From: Prevotella sp. UBA6447
Lineage (GTDB): Bacteria > Bacteroidota > Bacteroidia > Bacteroidales > Bacteroidaceae
Direction: 5' to 3'
Length of the DNA: 64,000 nt
Assembly: GCA_002437115.1 (NCBI GenBank)
Contig: DJOD01000049.1
Coordinates: 1,752 to 65,751 of the forward strand
Positions 1 to 10,449 of the stretch are shown piece after piece (position 1 is the stretch's first letter; every line of letters starts with the position of its first letter). A model generated the notes under the pieces. The model was given only the letters and a program-made list of their open reading frames with translations, did not search any database and was not told the DNA's origin. A program made the translations under genes and the position numbers.

Positions 1-1127
1 CGCTCATCTCGTTTGTTGTTGACTTGTTGATGGTGCCTTATAATGCATCCATCATTTCGCACGAGCGTATGAACATCTATGCCTACATTAGCATTTGGGA
101 TGCAGTGATGAAGCTTGCTATTGTCTTTGCGCTCTATGTCTCACCTTTCGACAAGTTGGAGACCTATGCAGTGTTGTTGCTTTTGGTTTCAACAATGACC
201 ACTATGATTTACTGGATTTATTGTCGGTGCCACTTTTTGGAGTGTCATTTCAGTGTAGTGAAAGATAAGGCTCTGATAAAAGAAATGTCAAGCTTTGCCG
301 GTTGGGGCATGATTGGCGACGGTGCATGGATGCTCAATACGCAAGGCGTTAACATCTTGATGAATCTGTTTTTTGGTGTCGTGCTAAATGCCGCACGTGG
401 CGTAGCCACCACTGTTGACAATGTGGTGCAGGGCTTTGTGCGCAACTTCATGGTGGCTCTCAATCCGCAGATTGTCAAGAGCTATGCAGAAGGAGATTAT
501 GAGTATATGCATCGCTTGATCTTCATGGGCTCGAAGTATTCCTATTTTCTCATGCTGTTCTTTTTTGTGCCCATCTCGCTTGAGACGCGCACGATATTGA
601 CACTATGGCTCAAGATAGTCCCCGACTATGCTGTGCTATTCACCCAGCTCACGCTGATGTCAACGATGTGCCTTACCTTAGGCAACACGATGATACCCGC
701 TGTGCAGGCTACGGGCAAGATACGCAATTATACCATCAGCATGGGGCTGATGGCTTTGTCCAATTTTCCGTTGACATGGGCCGCCTTTGCCATGGGAGCG
801 TCTCCCACATGGGCATACGTGATTTATTTCTTGATATTTTTCAGCATGGTCTTTGTCCGTTTGTACATAGTGAGGGGACTTATCCATCTTTCTGTTTGTG
901 ATTTTGTCAGAAAGGTGCTGATGAGGGCAGGCGCTGTTACGGTAGTGGCATATATAGGTCCGTTAGTTGTTTGCCTTTTACAGTCGGATTCCCTCCTTCG
1001 ATTGATAGAGATTTGTGTGATCAGTTTGTTCTGTTCCGTGTTGGCCATTTATGTTGTAGGACTGAATGGCATCGAGCGGGACTTTGTGAAAAGCAAGGTC
1101 TTGAGCAAATGTCGCATAGCCAGCTAA
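1..1127 (+). CDS. wzx: Polysaccharide flippase (Wzx/MATE-like), 5'-truncated by window edge
   Basis: Many TM segments; motifs LNxFFGVVLNAARG and NPQIVKSYA typical of Bacteroidales Wzx; frame open from the window start. Confidence 0.85.
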   Translation, partial: LISFVVDLLMVPYNASIISHERMNIYAYISIWDAVMKLAIVFALYVSPFDKLETYAVLLLLVSTMTTMIYWIYCRCHFLECHFSVVKDKALIKEMSSFAGWGMIGDGAWMLNTQGVNILMNLFFGVVLNAARGVATTVDNVVQGFVRNFMVALNPQIVKSYAEGDYEYMHRLIFMGSKYSYFLMLFFFVPISLETRTILTLWLKIVPDYAVLFTQLTLMSTMCLTLGNTMIPAVQATGKIRNYTISMGLMALSNFPLTWAAFAMGASPTWAYVIYFLIFFSMVFVRLYIVRGLIHLSVCDFVRKVLMRAGAVTVVAYIGPLVVCLLQSDSLLRLIEICVISLFCSVLAIYVVGLNGIERDFVKSKVLSKCRIAS

Positions 1128-1139
1128 CAAAATAAAAAA

Positions 1140-2182
1140 ATGTGTGTGAAAGGCCCAAAGCACAACCGACAGGTTTCCATAGCTAAAGCTATAGGAATCA
1201 TCTTAATGGTAATGGGACATTCTGGTTGCCCGAAATATCTTTACGATTTCATTTATCTGTTCCATATGCCTCTGTTCTACTTCCTTTCTGCTTATTTCTT
1301 CAGAGATGATAAAGTGACGAAGAATTGTGGACGATATGTGATGCGTAAATTCAAAAATTTGTATTGGCCATATATTAAGTGGAGTTTCATCTTCCTCTTG
1401 TTGCACAATGTGTTCTACCATGTTGGCTTTTACGACAATAGTTTGACGTTGCCCGAGATTTATGTCAATGCCAAGTGCGCTATTCGTGGAATATGGCAAG
1501 GCGAGCGTATGCTGGGTGCTTATTGGTTCTTGATAAGTTTGTTTTGGGAAAGCATATTGTTCGGATTGGTCATTTGGATGAAGCACAAAATACAATGCCG
1601 TTATTTTGATTTTATAGCTGTAGTGGTTCTGTTTTTAGTAGGCTATTATGCTCCAATCAATTTCCCGATTAATAGGGAAATGGTTTTGCTGCCTATCTTT
1701 TATTTAGGTTATTTGACTTCGAAACATAATATTGACCTGTCTTCAAGTAGAAGCCATTTGGCAATTGGATTGTTGTTTTGCTTGCCAGCTTTGGCTGTTA
1801 TGGCCGTTTTTATAAAAATAGAAGTAGGGCAAAGCGTTTTTTATAATCCCATTCTTTTCTTAATAGGGGCTTCTTTGGGCATTTATCTTATAATGATCAT
1901 TAGTTATAGGCTTGTTGATACCCAAGTCGGAAGTTGGATTGATCGGTTGGGGGGGCGACGATGAGCGTATTGACGTTTCATTTCTTGTCTTTCAAATTGC
2001 TAACATTACTTCTCGTTTCTGTCGGAGCGTATTCGAGGAATGTCTTATCCCAATGGCCATTACCAAGTGGGCATACCTATAACAATCTTTGGTTGCTCTA
2101 TACGTTAGTAGGCGTTGTTGTACTTGTTCTATGTTTTTCATTGATAAAAAAGATAGGTATCTTGACATGTGTGAAAAGATGA
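1140..2182 (+). pseudogene. Acyltransferase_3 family O-acetyltransferase, frameshifted at G7 tract 1949-1955 (ORFs 1140-1964 and 1961-2182)
   Basis: N-terminal KAIGIILMVMGH and FHMPLF motifs; adding one G reads DRLGGATMSVLTFHFLSFKL and restores the expected C-terminal part. Confidence 0.8.
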
Positions 2183-3276
2183 AGCCTTTTCTATCGGTAA
2201 TCATTCCAGTTTATAATGGTGCCCATTATTTACGGGAAACCATTGAGAGTGTTCTTTGCCAACCCTGTAATGATATAGAGTTGCTGTTGATTGATGATGG
2301 CAGCAAAGATGACTCGCTCTCTATTTGTCAATCTTATGAGAGTGACAGAGTAAAAGTGTTTTCACATTCAAATTGTGGCGTGTCACTAACTCGTAATGAA
2401 GGAGTCGAGAGATCCAAGGGGCAGTGGATTATTTTTGTTGATCAGGATGATGCGATGCGTAAGGATTTTTACACAGATGAGAGAAAGAGTGAATTACTTG
2501 AACTCGAAAATCAGCAAGTTGAACTTATTGTTCCAGGAGCATGGTGGTGTGATTGTAACCTAATCAAGGGACATCGTAGATATATTGAAAAGGAAGCCCA
2601 TTGTAGTGGAGTTTGCGAAGGCCGCAGCGATACATTATCCTGGGAGCACATGTTTACTTTTAATATGTGTCTTTATTCTCGGTCTTTATTTTTTACTGTA
2701 GATGGTGCTTCCACTCCAGTTAGGTTTTTCCCTCTCAAGAAAGATGTGGAAACTACATTTCGTCATATGGCCTTGTATGCGGCTCAAAAGATATTTTTCT
2801 CGGATAATTTTTCTTTTTGCCTTCGTCGTTGTAATGAAGAAAGCGTAAGCTCAACATGGGATTGGATGCAAGTTTATCCAGTTGTTTTTGATGCATATGT
2901 TCGACTCATTATTTGGCATAAACAGAATTACCCAAAGGACAAAATTGCTATTGCTGGTGCAGAGAAGGCTCTGTTGCACCGCATAAACTTAACAATTCAA
3001 GAGGTCTATGAGAGCTGTCGGGATAATGAGGAAAGCCTTAAATGTCTTGTGGAAAGTTTTATTGGTGAGGGTTCACCTTGGCATTTTCTGTTGAAGCAAT
3101 ATCCTCAAGACGGGCATGTTATAATACAATTGCTTTCGGGGCAAAAGATAAAGCAAAAGACTTACAATAAGCTACATTTTATCAAGGCATATACAATAAA
3201 ACTTTTCTCCATCCTTTTTGAAAAGTTAGACAGAGTGAACATTCAAAATAATATCCGTGGCAAATATTTACTCTAA
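2179..3276 (+). CDS. GT2 glycosyltransferase
   Basis: SVIIPVYN, DDGSKD, FVDQDD motifs; ATG 2179 overlaps the upstream TGA (ATGA). Confidence 0.9.
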   Translation: MKPFLSVIIPVYNGAHYLRETIESVLCQPCNDIELLLIDDGSKDDSLSICQSYESDRVKVFSHSNCGVSLTRNEGVERSKGQWIIFVDQDDAMRKDFYTDERKSELLELENQQVELIVPGAWWCDCNLIKGHRRYIEKEAHCSGVCEGRSDTLSWEHMFTFNMCLYSRSLFFTVDGASTPVRFFPLKKDVETTFRHMALYAAQKIFFSDNFSFCLRRCNEESVSSTWDWMQVYPVVFDAYVRLIIWHKQNYPKDKIAIAGAEKALLHRINLTIQEVYESCRDNEESLKCLVESFIGEGSPWHFLLKQYPQDGHVIIQLLSGQKIKQKTYNKLHFIKAYTIKLFSILFEKLDRVNIQNNIRGKYLL

Positions 3277-4321
3277 GCCCAGTGACAACTATAGTGTCGT
3301 GATTAAGAAAGAAAAAAACATACGTGTTGCTTGGATAGATTGGGCTAAGATGGTACTGATTTATTTGATGGTGGTGGGACATTTTCATCCACCTTTGGTG
3401 CAAAGCAAGTTCTTCTATGTGTTTCATATGCCTGCGTTTTTTATCATATCCGGCTATTTATATCGTCCTCATGATTGGCGACGTACAATAGTGAGCTTGA
3501 TGATGCCTGTGGTGGTATTCTCTGTTTTCAATTTGTTCTTTCAGATATTAATTGCACTCTTGAAGACGGGAAGTTATGACTATTCTGATTTGTTGCGCAG
3601 GACTTTGGTTCCATTCGTGGGGGGCAATTCAGAACCAAATGTTGATTACATCATTCTCTTTATGGGGACATGGTTTCCCATTGTATTAATGTTGATACGT
3701 CTTTTGGTTGGCGACATTAAATGTTTTGCAGTAGTCTATAGACATAAGGTAACAGCCTTTTTACTTGTAGTTGCATTTATGATTACTTTACCGTTTTGGG
3801 CGAACATGAAAGGTGAGATTTGCCAGTTAAAGCCTTTTTTGTTATTTCCCTCTTTTCCATTCTTCTTGTTGGGCTCTATGCTTCATGATGTCGATGCTCA
3901 TAAGTTGAAGGTTTGGCTTTACCGTCTGTTGCCTCTATTCTCTGCCCTATATTTGACAATGGCTGTGTGGAACGGCAGGGTGGGAATATTGAATTTGCAT
4001 TTTGGTCATAATTACTTTTTCTTCTTTGTAGGTGCAGTCAGTGGGAGCGCAGTCCTATTTTGGCTATGCGGTTATATGAAGGCATGCCGATACGTTGAAA
4101 CTATAAGCGTTGGCACAATGTTAATACTTGGTCTTCACATGGACTTCTATGATGTGCTGTTTCCAATAGTAAATCGTTTGGGCCTTTATTCAGTTCTGCC
4201 AGATTGGGCGGTTGTTTGGGCTGTGTCTGCATTGACGTTGCTTCTGTGTTATTGGCCAATCCGTTTCTGTATGCGTCATGCGCCAATTTTACTTGGAAAG
4301 TTTTCAGTATTCAATAATTAA
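3257..4321 (+). CDS. Acyltransferase_3 family O-acetyltransferase
   Basis: WIDWAK..LMVVGH, FHMPAFFIISGYL; multiple TM segments; start uncertain. Confidence 0.88.
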   Translation: MANIYSKPSDNYSVVIKKEKNIRVAWIDWAKMVLIYLMVVGHFHPPLVQSKFFYVFHMPAFFIISGYLYRPHDWRRTIVSLMMPVVVFSVFNLFFQILIALLKTGSYDYSDLLRRTLVPFVGGNSEPNVDYIILFMGTWFPIVLMLIRLLVGDIKCFAVVYRHKVTAFLLVVAFMITLPFWANMKGEICQLKPFLLFPSFPFFLLGSMLHDVDAHKLKVWLYRLLPLFSALYLTMAVWNGRVGILNLHFGHNYFFFFVGAVSGSAVLFWLCGYMKACRYVETISVGTMLILGLHMDFYDVLFPIVNRLGLYSVLPDWAVVWAVSALTLLLCYWPIRFCMRHAPILLGKFSVFNN

Positions 4322-4332
4322 CAGTTATTCAA

Positions 4333-5187
4333 ATGAATATCAAAGATATATTATATAGGCTTTTGGGAAGCAAATACACAACATGGGCTCTCTGGCGACG
4401 CAATGTAAGTACAAAGTTATATGACACTTTTCATCCTTATCATTATGACGTTTCACGCTATGGTGAATGCTTCTTGAATGAAAAGCCTGATTATCCGTAT
4501 GATGATAGCAAGAAAGAAAAAGTGAACCGCGTAATTTATGTCTTTTGGACGGGCGACAATGAGATAACGCCGAATCGTTTGAGGGGAATAAAATCCTTGG
4601 AACAGGTGAGTGGGGTGAAAGTTCAACTTATTACTTCAAAGAATCTGCCAGAATATATCGTAGCGAATGATCCTTTGCCTGATGCGTATCAATATCTTTC
4701 ATTAAATCATCGCTCGGATTTTCTCCGCGGCTACTTTATGTATCACTATGGAGGAGGATATGCTGATATCAAGACCTTTTACCAGTCGTGGCTTCCTGCT
4801 TTCGACAAGTTGGATCGTTCGAATGCTTATGTAATAGGTTACCCAGAGGTTGGATGGATAGGCGTTGCCAATCGCTCAGTTGCTAATGAGCATCTGAAAC
4901 ATGACTTAGCTGTTTATTGGTCTTTGCTGTTAGGGAATGGTGCTTTCATTTGCCGCCCCCACATGCGCTTTACGGCTGAATGGTATTCCTCTTCACGTCG
5001 ACGGCTGCTTGAAAACGCTGAGGCTTTGCGCAAACATCCTGCTCGTGACGTTTTTGGGACAAATGACGATTATCCGCTCGCTTGGGAAAGCATGCAAGGA
5101 GGAATATTTCATCCTTTCTGCTTGAAATACCATGACCGTTTGCTAAAGGACAAGGCGTTAATGCCTTCATTTGAAAATTACAGATGA
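4333..5187 (+). CDS. GT32-like / capsular polysaccharide synthesis glycosyltransferase
   Basis: IYVFWTG, HRSDFLRGY.MYHYGGGYADI (DxD-like). Confidence 0.75.
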   Translation: MNIKDILYRLLGSKYTTWALWRRNVSTKLYDTFHPYHYDVSRYGECFLNEKPDYPYDDSKKEKVNRVIYVFWTGDNEITPNRLRGIKSLEQVSGVKVQLITSKNLPEYIVANDPLPDAYQYLSLNHRSDFLRGYFMYHYGGGYADIKTFYQSWLPAFDKLDRSNAYVIGYPEVGWIGVANRSVANEHLKHDLAVYWSLLLGNGAFICRPHMRFTAEWYSSSRRRLLENAEALRKHPARDVFGTNDDYPLAWESMQGGIFHPFCLKYHDRLLKDKALMPSFENYR

Positions 5188-5214
5188 AATGCCAATTGGA
5201 CAAGAAATATCCAC

Positions 5215-6105
5215 ATGATAAGTAAACTGATCTCAATTTGGGTGCAAATAAGAGACTTGTTTCTGTACCTGTTTCGAAGGGCTTTGGTTATCAACGCTTA
5301 TGTCGATGACCACACGTGGCGTGGCATACGGCACCGCAACTGGGGAGATGATCTGAATTATTATTTCGTTCGAGCTCTGACTGGACACCCTGTTGTGTTT
5401 TATCATAATTTTAAGTTGGCACAGTGGTTTCATATGAAGAACTATTTATGCATAGGCACGTTACTGGATGCCGTAAACCATTCGAACAGACAAACCATCG
5501 TTTGGGGAACTGGTGTGTCCGGTCAAGAGCGTGATTTTGTGCGCCCTCGTCAAGTCTGCTCCGTAAGAGGCCCCCTTACCCATGCTTTCGCAGAGCGGTA
5601 TGGGGTAGCCTGCCCAGAGATTTATGGCGATCCTGCTATGTTATTACCTTTGGTATATAAGCCTAAGGTGCAGAAGGCATATAAGTTGGGGCTTATCCCA
5701 CATGTAGTGGACCTTTATCATCCCGTTGTAGAAGACATACGATACAATCATCCGGAAGTGCTGATTATTGATTTAGCTCATTACAATCATTGGACGGAAG
5801 TCATAGACAAGATTTACTCTTGTGAGAAGATTGCTTCGAGCTCGTTACATGGGCTGATCGTTTCGGACGCTTATGGTGTGCCCAATAGTTGGGTTGAACT
5901 GAGTGGCAAAATTAGCGGAGGCTATTTCAAGTTTAGGGATTATGGTGTTAGTGTGGGTCGCATGATGACTGAGCCAATAAGGCTTACTTCATTTGAAGAC
6001 ATAAAGCAACTTCATCCAGATGCATCATCTTCTCCCTCTTTGGTGAACATTGACGAACTGCTGAAGGTCTGCCCATTACCTGTCCGTAAAAGATATAGGT
6101 TGTGA
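5215..6105 (+). CDS. Polysaccharide pyruvyl transferase (ExoV-like)
   Basis: NWGDDLN, VRGPLT, GDPAMLLP, SSSLHGLIVSDAYGVP motifs. Confidence 0.88.
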   Translation: MISKLISIWVQIRDLFLYLFRRALVINAYVDDHTWRGIRHRNWGDDLNYYFVRALTGHPVVFYHNFKLAQWFHMKNYLCIGTLLDAVNHSNRQTIVWGTGVSGQERDFVRPRQVCSVRGPLTHAFAERYGVACPEIYGDPAMLLPLVYKPKVQKAYKLGLIPHVVDLYHPVVEDIRYNHPEVLIIDLAHYNHWTEVIDKIYSCEKIASSSLHGLIVSDAYGVPNSWVELSGKISGGYFKFRDYGVSVGRMMTEPIRLTSFEDIKQLHPDASSSPSLVNIDELLKVCPLPVRKRYRL

Positions 6106-7016
6106 AAGTACAGATTTCGGTCATCGTTCCCGTATATAATGCGGAGCACACTTTGCGCAAGTGCCTGGACTCTGTTTTGTCACAGGACATTGGTGATTTT
6201 GAGCTTGTTCTCGTCAACGACGGCTCAAAAGACCGCTCGTTAGATATTTGCAGAGATTATGAAATGAATGATAAGCGGATTGTCGTGATAGACAAGCCCA
6301 ACGGTGGCGTCAGTTCAGCGCGTAATGCAGGGCTTGACGTGGCTAATGGCGAATGGGTGCTATTTGTGGATTCTGATGATTACCTGGAAGAGCATTTCTT
6401 TGATGGAGTGGAAGGTGCGGCAGAAGATTTGCTGATACGTGGGATACGTTTCTTCAACGAAAACGAGTCTACTATATATGTCCAACAGATTGACAAACTG
6501 CCCTCACAACCAACTTTGAATAAGTTCGTCAAGACTTATGTTGGTACACCCCTGCTTCGAGGTCCTGTAGCGAAGTTCTTTCGACGTTCATTGATTGGCA
6601 ATCTTCGCTTCCCAGAGGACATGAAGGTGGGTGAGGATAGCTATTTCGTGCAACGATATCTGGCCCGTTGCAATAATTGTAAGCTGCTTTGTGGAAGTTT
6701 GTATAATGTGTTTAATCATGAGGTTGTGGAGCGGAAATATGCTTGTTCTGTTGCCTATGCGGCAAAATCGTTAAACCACCTCATGGACTCGTATGGGGAG
6801 ATGAACGCACATCTGAATATTGGATGGCTAAGTTTTCGCTCCTTTTATGTATATTTTAAGTTTATGTCAGAAGGAGAATGTAAAGGACACCCTTGGCGAT
6901 GGTATGCCCATCCCATCATTTCAGACATTTGCAAACGACTGTGGCCTGTGTTACCTGCTTCGCAAAAATGGCAGTATTGTCTTTGCTCTTTGTTGAATAG
7001 GTTGAAAATGTTTTAA
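6102..7016 (+). CDS. GT2 glycosyltransferase
   Basis: SVIVPVYN, NDGSKD, NGGVSSARNAG, FVDSDD. Confidence 0.92.
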   Translation: MKVQISVIVPVYNAEHTLRKCLDSVLSQDIGDFELVLVNDGSKDRSLDICRDYEMNDKRIVVIDKPNGGVSSARNAGLDVANGEWVLFVDSDDYLEEHFFDGVEGAAEDLLIRGIRFFNENESTIYVQQIDKLPSQPTLNKFVKTYVGTPLLRGPVAKFFRRSLIGNLRFPEDMKVGEDSYFVQRYLARCNNCKLLCGSLYNVFNHEVVERKYACSVAYAAKSLNHLMDSYGEMNAHLNIGWLSFRSFYVYFKFMSEGECKGHPWRWYAHPIISDICKRLWPVLPASQKWQYCLCSLLNRLKMF

Positions 7017-7029
7017 ACAATTATCGTGT

Positions 7030-8010
7030 ATGCCTGCCATATCCATTATCGTACCTATATATAATATGGAAAAATTGATGCGTCGTTGCATCGATTCCCT
7101 GTTAGCGCAGACTTTTACCGACTTTGAGCTGCTGCTCATCGATGACGGTTCCACGGATGGCTCGTGGAGTATCTGCCAAGAGTATGCCCACAAAGATACT
7201 CGCATTAGCATTTACCACAAGGAGAATGGAGGCCTGAGCGATGCTCGCAACTATGGGTTGAGCAAGGCTGTAGGAAAATACACTATTTTTGCCGACCCTG
7301 ATGACTGGATCAGCCCGGAAGGTCTTGACAGCCTTTATGCTACGGCGGAGCGTGAGCAAGCTGACATGACGATGTGTGATCTCTATCGCGAAGATGAGTA
7401 CAGTCGCCACTACGTGTGCCAGCGGCCACGGTCGCTGAAGGCTCAGGAGGTGTTGAAAGAACTGTTTGACAATATCCAGGGATTCACGGTGAACAAACTC
7501 ATCCGTCGTGATGCCTACATGCGGTTTGGCATCGCTTATCCCAAAGGTATATACGGGTGTGAGGACCAATATACCATGGCTGCCATCCTTTTGCACGACA
7601 TCAAGATAGCCTATGTGCCTGTGGCGTTTTATCATTACATGTACAATAGCGCATCGCTGACCCGCCATTATGACGAGCGTACCTATGAGATGGATGTGCG
7701 GGTGTTGGAGATGTTTCGTATGTTGCTGCAAGGCAACGAGGCGCAGCCTCTTGCTGTGAGAAGCAAAGAAGACGCTGTGTTTTGCCGGGCGTTTTGGAAC
7801 GGGCGTGACTATTATTCGTCGGCAACATTCAAGCAACGCTTTGCTTCTTTTCAAGACCGAGTGGAGTTACTGAACGAGATGGCAGTCGTTAAGTGGGGTA
7901 TGGCCGTAGCTTGTCGTGGCATGTACCAGCCTGCCATCCATGTGGTTTTCTTGCTGTTCCGTGGTAAGAGAATGTTGAAAAAGTTAAAATGTACATTTCT
8001 AAAGAAATGA
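7030..8010 (+). CDS. GT2 glycosyltransferase
   Basis: SIIVPIYN, DDGSTD, NGGLSDARN, FADPDD. Confidence 0.92.
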   Translation: MPAISIIVPIYNMEKLMRRCIDSLLAQTFTDFELLLIDDGSTDGSWSICQEYAHKDTRISIYHKENGGLSDARNYGLSKAVGKYTIFADPDDWISPEGLDSLYATAEREQADMTMCDLYREDEYSRHYVCQRPRSLKAQEVLKELFDNIQGFTVNKLIRRDAYMRFGIAYPKGIYGCEDQYTMAAILLHDIKIAYVPVAFYHYMYNSASLTRHYDERTYEMDVRVLEMFRMLLQGNEAQPLAVRSKEDAVFCRAFWNGRDYYSSATFKQRFASFQDRVELLNEMAVVKWGMAVACRGMYQPAIHVVFLLFRGKRMLKKLKCTFLKK

Positions 8011-8020
8011 TTCAAGAAGA

Positions 8021-9085
8021 ATGAGAGTTCTTATAGTTACATATGCTTTTGTACTGTTTTATATTGTCTGTGTCTATGTTTCTGCGGGCAAAGTGAAATG
8101 GCAAAACTACCTGCTGATGTTGGCACTTGGTATTCTTGTTTTTTTGATTGGAATCCGACAAGGGTGGCCAGACCAAGGTGTGTACCAGGTTGCCTTTGAG
8201 CAAGCATCACTCCCTTGGGAGATGGATTGGTCGAAAGAACCCTATGGATATACAGAACGAGGGTATTTGTTTTTAGCTTCGTTGGTAAAGCTTGTGCTTA
8301 ATAATGCCACCTTTTACTTTCTGTGTATGGGCGGGCTGTCCATGTACTTGCTCTATAAGGGATTGTCGAAGTATTGTGCCATACCATTGTTGGGACTGTG
8401 CGACTACATAGGTCGCTTCTTGCTCAATCGTGACTTCACCCAAATGCGGTCGTCGCTGGCCATTCTGCTGATTATTCTTGCGATTAAGTTCATTTATGAC
8501 AGAAAGCTGGTGGCATATATGTTGGTGATTTTGCTGGCTTATCAGTTTCACCACTTGGCATTGCTGGGCATACCTTTGTATTTCTTGTATAAAGTGTGCA
8601 TCAACAAATCTGCAATTATTGGGGGACTTCTGTTGGCCATGCTTCTTTCACAAGTCGCCGCTGGCTCAATTTCTGACACTGTCGAAAATTATAGCCAAGA
8701 TCTCAATTATGACACCTACGTGCAAGATGATTATGTGGAGCAAGCTTTGGGCTTGCGCAACCCAATGATTTATTTTCAGTTAGGTGTTCTGATGCTTTAC
8801 TCATTTATGGAACCAGTGTTGGCACGTCAGAATCAATATTACTACTTGTTTCGGTGGGCTTATTTCTATTCGACATTGATATTGATATTCTTTTGCAACT
8901 ATACGGCTCTGTCTGGACGCACATCCACGGTGTTTGCCACATGCGAGATGTTTATGTTGCCCAGCATCGCGATGGGGCTTGGCAAAAGGCAGCGCGTCTT
9001 GTTTCTTGCGATAGCGGGAGTAGTATTGACTTATTTCTTCTGGAACAAGTATCATTCCGCGATGATGATGATGGGCGCGCTGTAG
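8021..9085 (+). CDS. EpsG-family polysaccharide polymerase (Wzy)
   Basis: About 10 TM segments; IRQGWPD..Y, ERGY, QMRSSLA, FH motifs of the EpsG family. Confidence 0.8.
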   Translation: MRVLIVTYAFVLFYIVCVYVSAGKVKWQNYLLMLALGILVFLIGIRQGWPDQGVYQVAFEQASLPWEMDWSKEPYGYTERGYLFLASLVKLVLNNATFYFLCMGGLSMYLLYKGLSKYCAIPLLGLCDYIGRFLLNRDFTQMRSSLAILLIILAIKFIYDRKLVAYMLVILLAYQFHHLALLGIPLYFLYKVCINKSAIIGGLLLAMLLSQVAAGSISDTVENYSQDLNYDTYVQDDYVEQALGLRNPMIYFQLGVLMLYSFMEPVLARQNQYYYLFRWAYFYSTLILIFFCNYTALSGRTSTVFATCEMFMLPSIAMGLGKRQRVLFLAIAGVVLTYFFWNKYHSAMMMMGAL

Positions 9086-9131
9086 ATGCTTTTTGTGATT
9101 TTGTCGCGAAAAACATAATTTAGTCAAGACC

Positions 9132-10283
9132 ATGAAGATTGTTGTTGTTCAATCACGTGTTTGCTTTGGTGGGGCCGAACATGTGGGCGCGATGCTGGCC
9201 AACGGACTTGCTGTGCAACATGATGTGATATTGGCCACTAACACCCACTTGGAAATGTCGTATGCAATTTCGTGCAGGGTCAAGGTATGCAATATCTTTT
9301 CTACGGTTCCTCATGGCCCCAAGAAGTGGCTGGGTGCCATGCGGCATTTGCGCAAGCTCTTCAAAAAGGAAAAACCTGATGTGGCCATTGGCATCTTGTC
9401 CACTTGTTCTTTCGTCTGTAAGGTGGCGGGGATAGGACTTGGAATTCCTGTGGTTGCTACGGAGCATGATGCTTTCGAACGTCCAGAATGTGCTCCGATG
9501 AGCAAAGGAAACACCTTTTCCAAGTTTTGGCTTAATAAGTTGTTTGATGTTGTCACGGTGCTTACGGAAGCTGACCGAAAGTTGGTTAGTAATCGATTGC
9601 ATCATGTGGCGGTGATGCCAAATCCTTTGTCTTTGAATCCGCTCAACGTTGATGCGAAGGGAAGAATTGCAGATGACGAAGGTAAATGTGTTGCAAAAAA
9701 ACACTATGTCTTGGCAGCTGGGCGGCTTGACGCCTGGCATTATAAAGGATTTGATTTGCTGTTAAAGGCATGGGCAAGGGTGCAGACTGCTTGCAAGGAG
9801 CAGATGCAGCGAGAAGGCTGGAAACTCTTGATCGCGGGTAAGGATGAAGCAGAAGGGCAACGTTATCTTGAAACATTAGTTCATAAATACAGTCTTAGAG
9901 ACAATGTGTCGTTCCTTGGCTTCAGAAAAGATATGGTTAGGCTGTACCAAGAATCATCGATCTTTGTGCTCAGTTCTCGCTATGAGGGTTTTGGCTTGGT
10001 GCTTATTGAAGCCATGAGCCAGGGTTGCGCTTGCGTGACGACTGATTATAAGGGCCGGCAAATGGAAATCCTGGGAAGTGAGGATTGCGGAATGGTTTGC
10101 CAGCCAGAAGATGTAGATGCATTGGCAGAAGCATTGCAACGGGTGATGATGGATGATGAATTGCGCCAACAATTGCAGAGAAACGCTATTGCGCGCTCCC
10201 GCTATTTCTTGCCGGCTAACATTGTGAAGCGGTGGGAGCAACTTATCGCTGAGGTCGTAGCAAGAAAACAAGATGTCAGATGA
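9132..10283 (+). CDS. GT4 glycosyltransferase
   Basis: GGAE N-terminus, KGFDLL, SRYEGFGLVLIEAM. Confidence 0.92.
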   Translation: MKIVVVQSRVCFGGAEHVGAMLANGLAVQHDVILATNTHLEMSYAISCRVKVCNIFSTVPHGPKKWLGAMRHLRKLFKKEKPDVAIGILSTCSFVCKVAGIGLGIPVVATEHDAFERPECAPMSKGNTFSKFWLNKLFDVVTVLTEADRKLVSNRLHHVAVMPNPLSLNPLNVDAKGRIADDEGKCVAKKHYVLAAGRLDAWHYKGFDLLLKAWARVQTACKEQMQREGWKLLIAGKDEAEGQRYLETLVHKYSLRDNVSFLGFRKDMVRLYQESSIFVLSSRYEGFGLVLIEAMSQGCACVTTDYKGRQMEILGSEDCGMVCQPEDVDALAEALQRVMMDDELRQQLQRNAIARSRYFLPANIVKRWEQLIAEVVARKQDVR

Positions 10284-10290
10284 TTGTTTT

Positions 10291-10435
10291 GAACATGAAT
10301 TTCACGAAATTCCCGAATGACATTGAGGTTTATTTGCAGGATCGTGTAACTTCGAAGGAAGTCTTTGTTTTGCATTCGTTTCATTCAAGCAATTATTTCC
10401 CTTTGGTCAGAGGGACTGCGACAAGTCTCGTGTTC
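10291..10435. repeat. REP-like intergenic element with imperfect terminal inverted repeats
   Basis: Begins GAACATGAATTTCACGAAATTCCCGAAT and ends CTCGTGTTC; related AACACGAATATCTCGAATCGTACGAAT at ~13005-13031. Confidence 0.45.
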
Positions 10436-10449
10436 GAGAAAATACAAAT

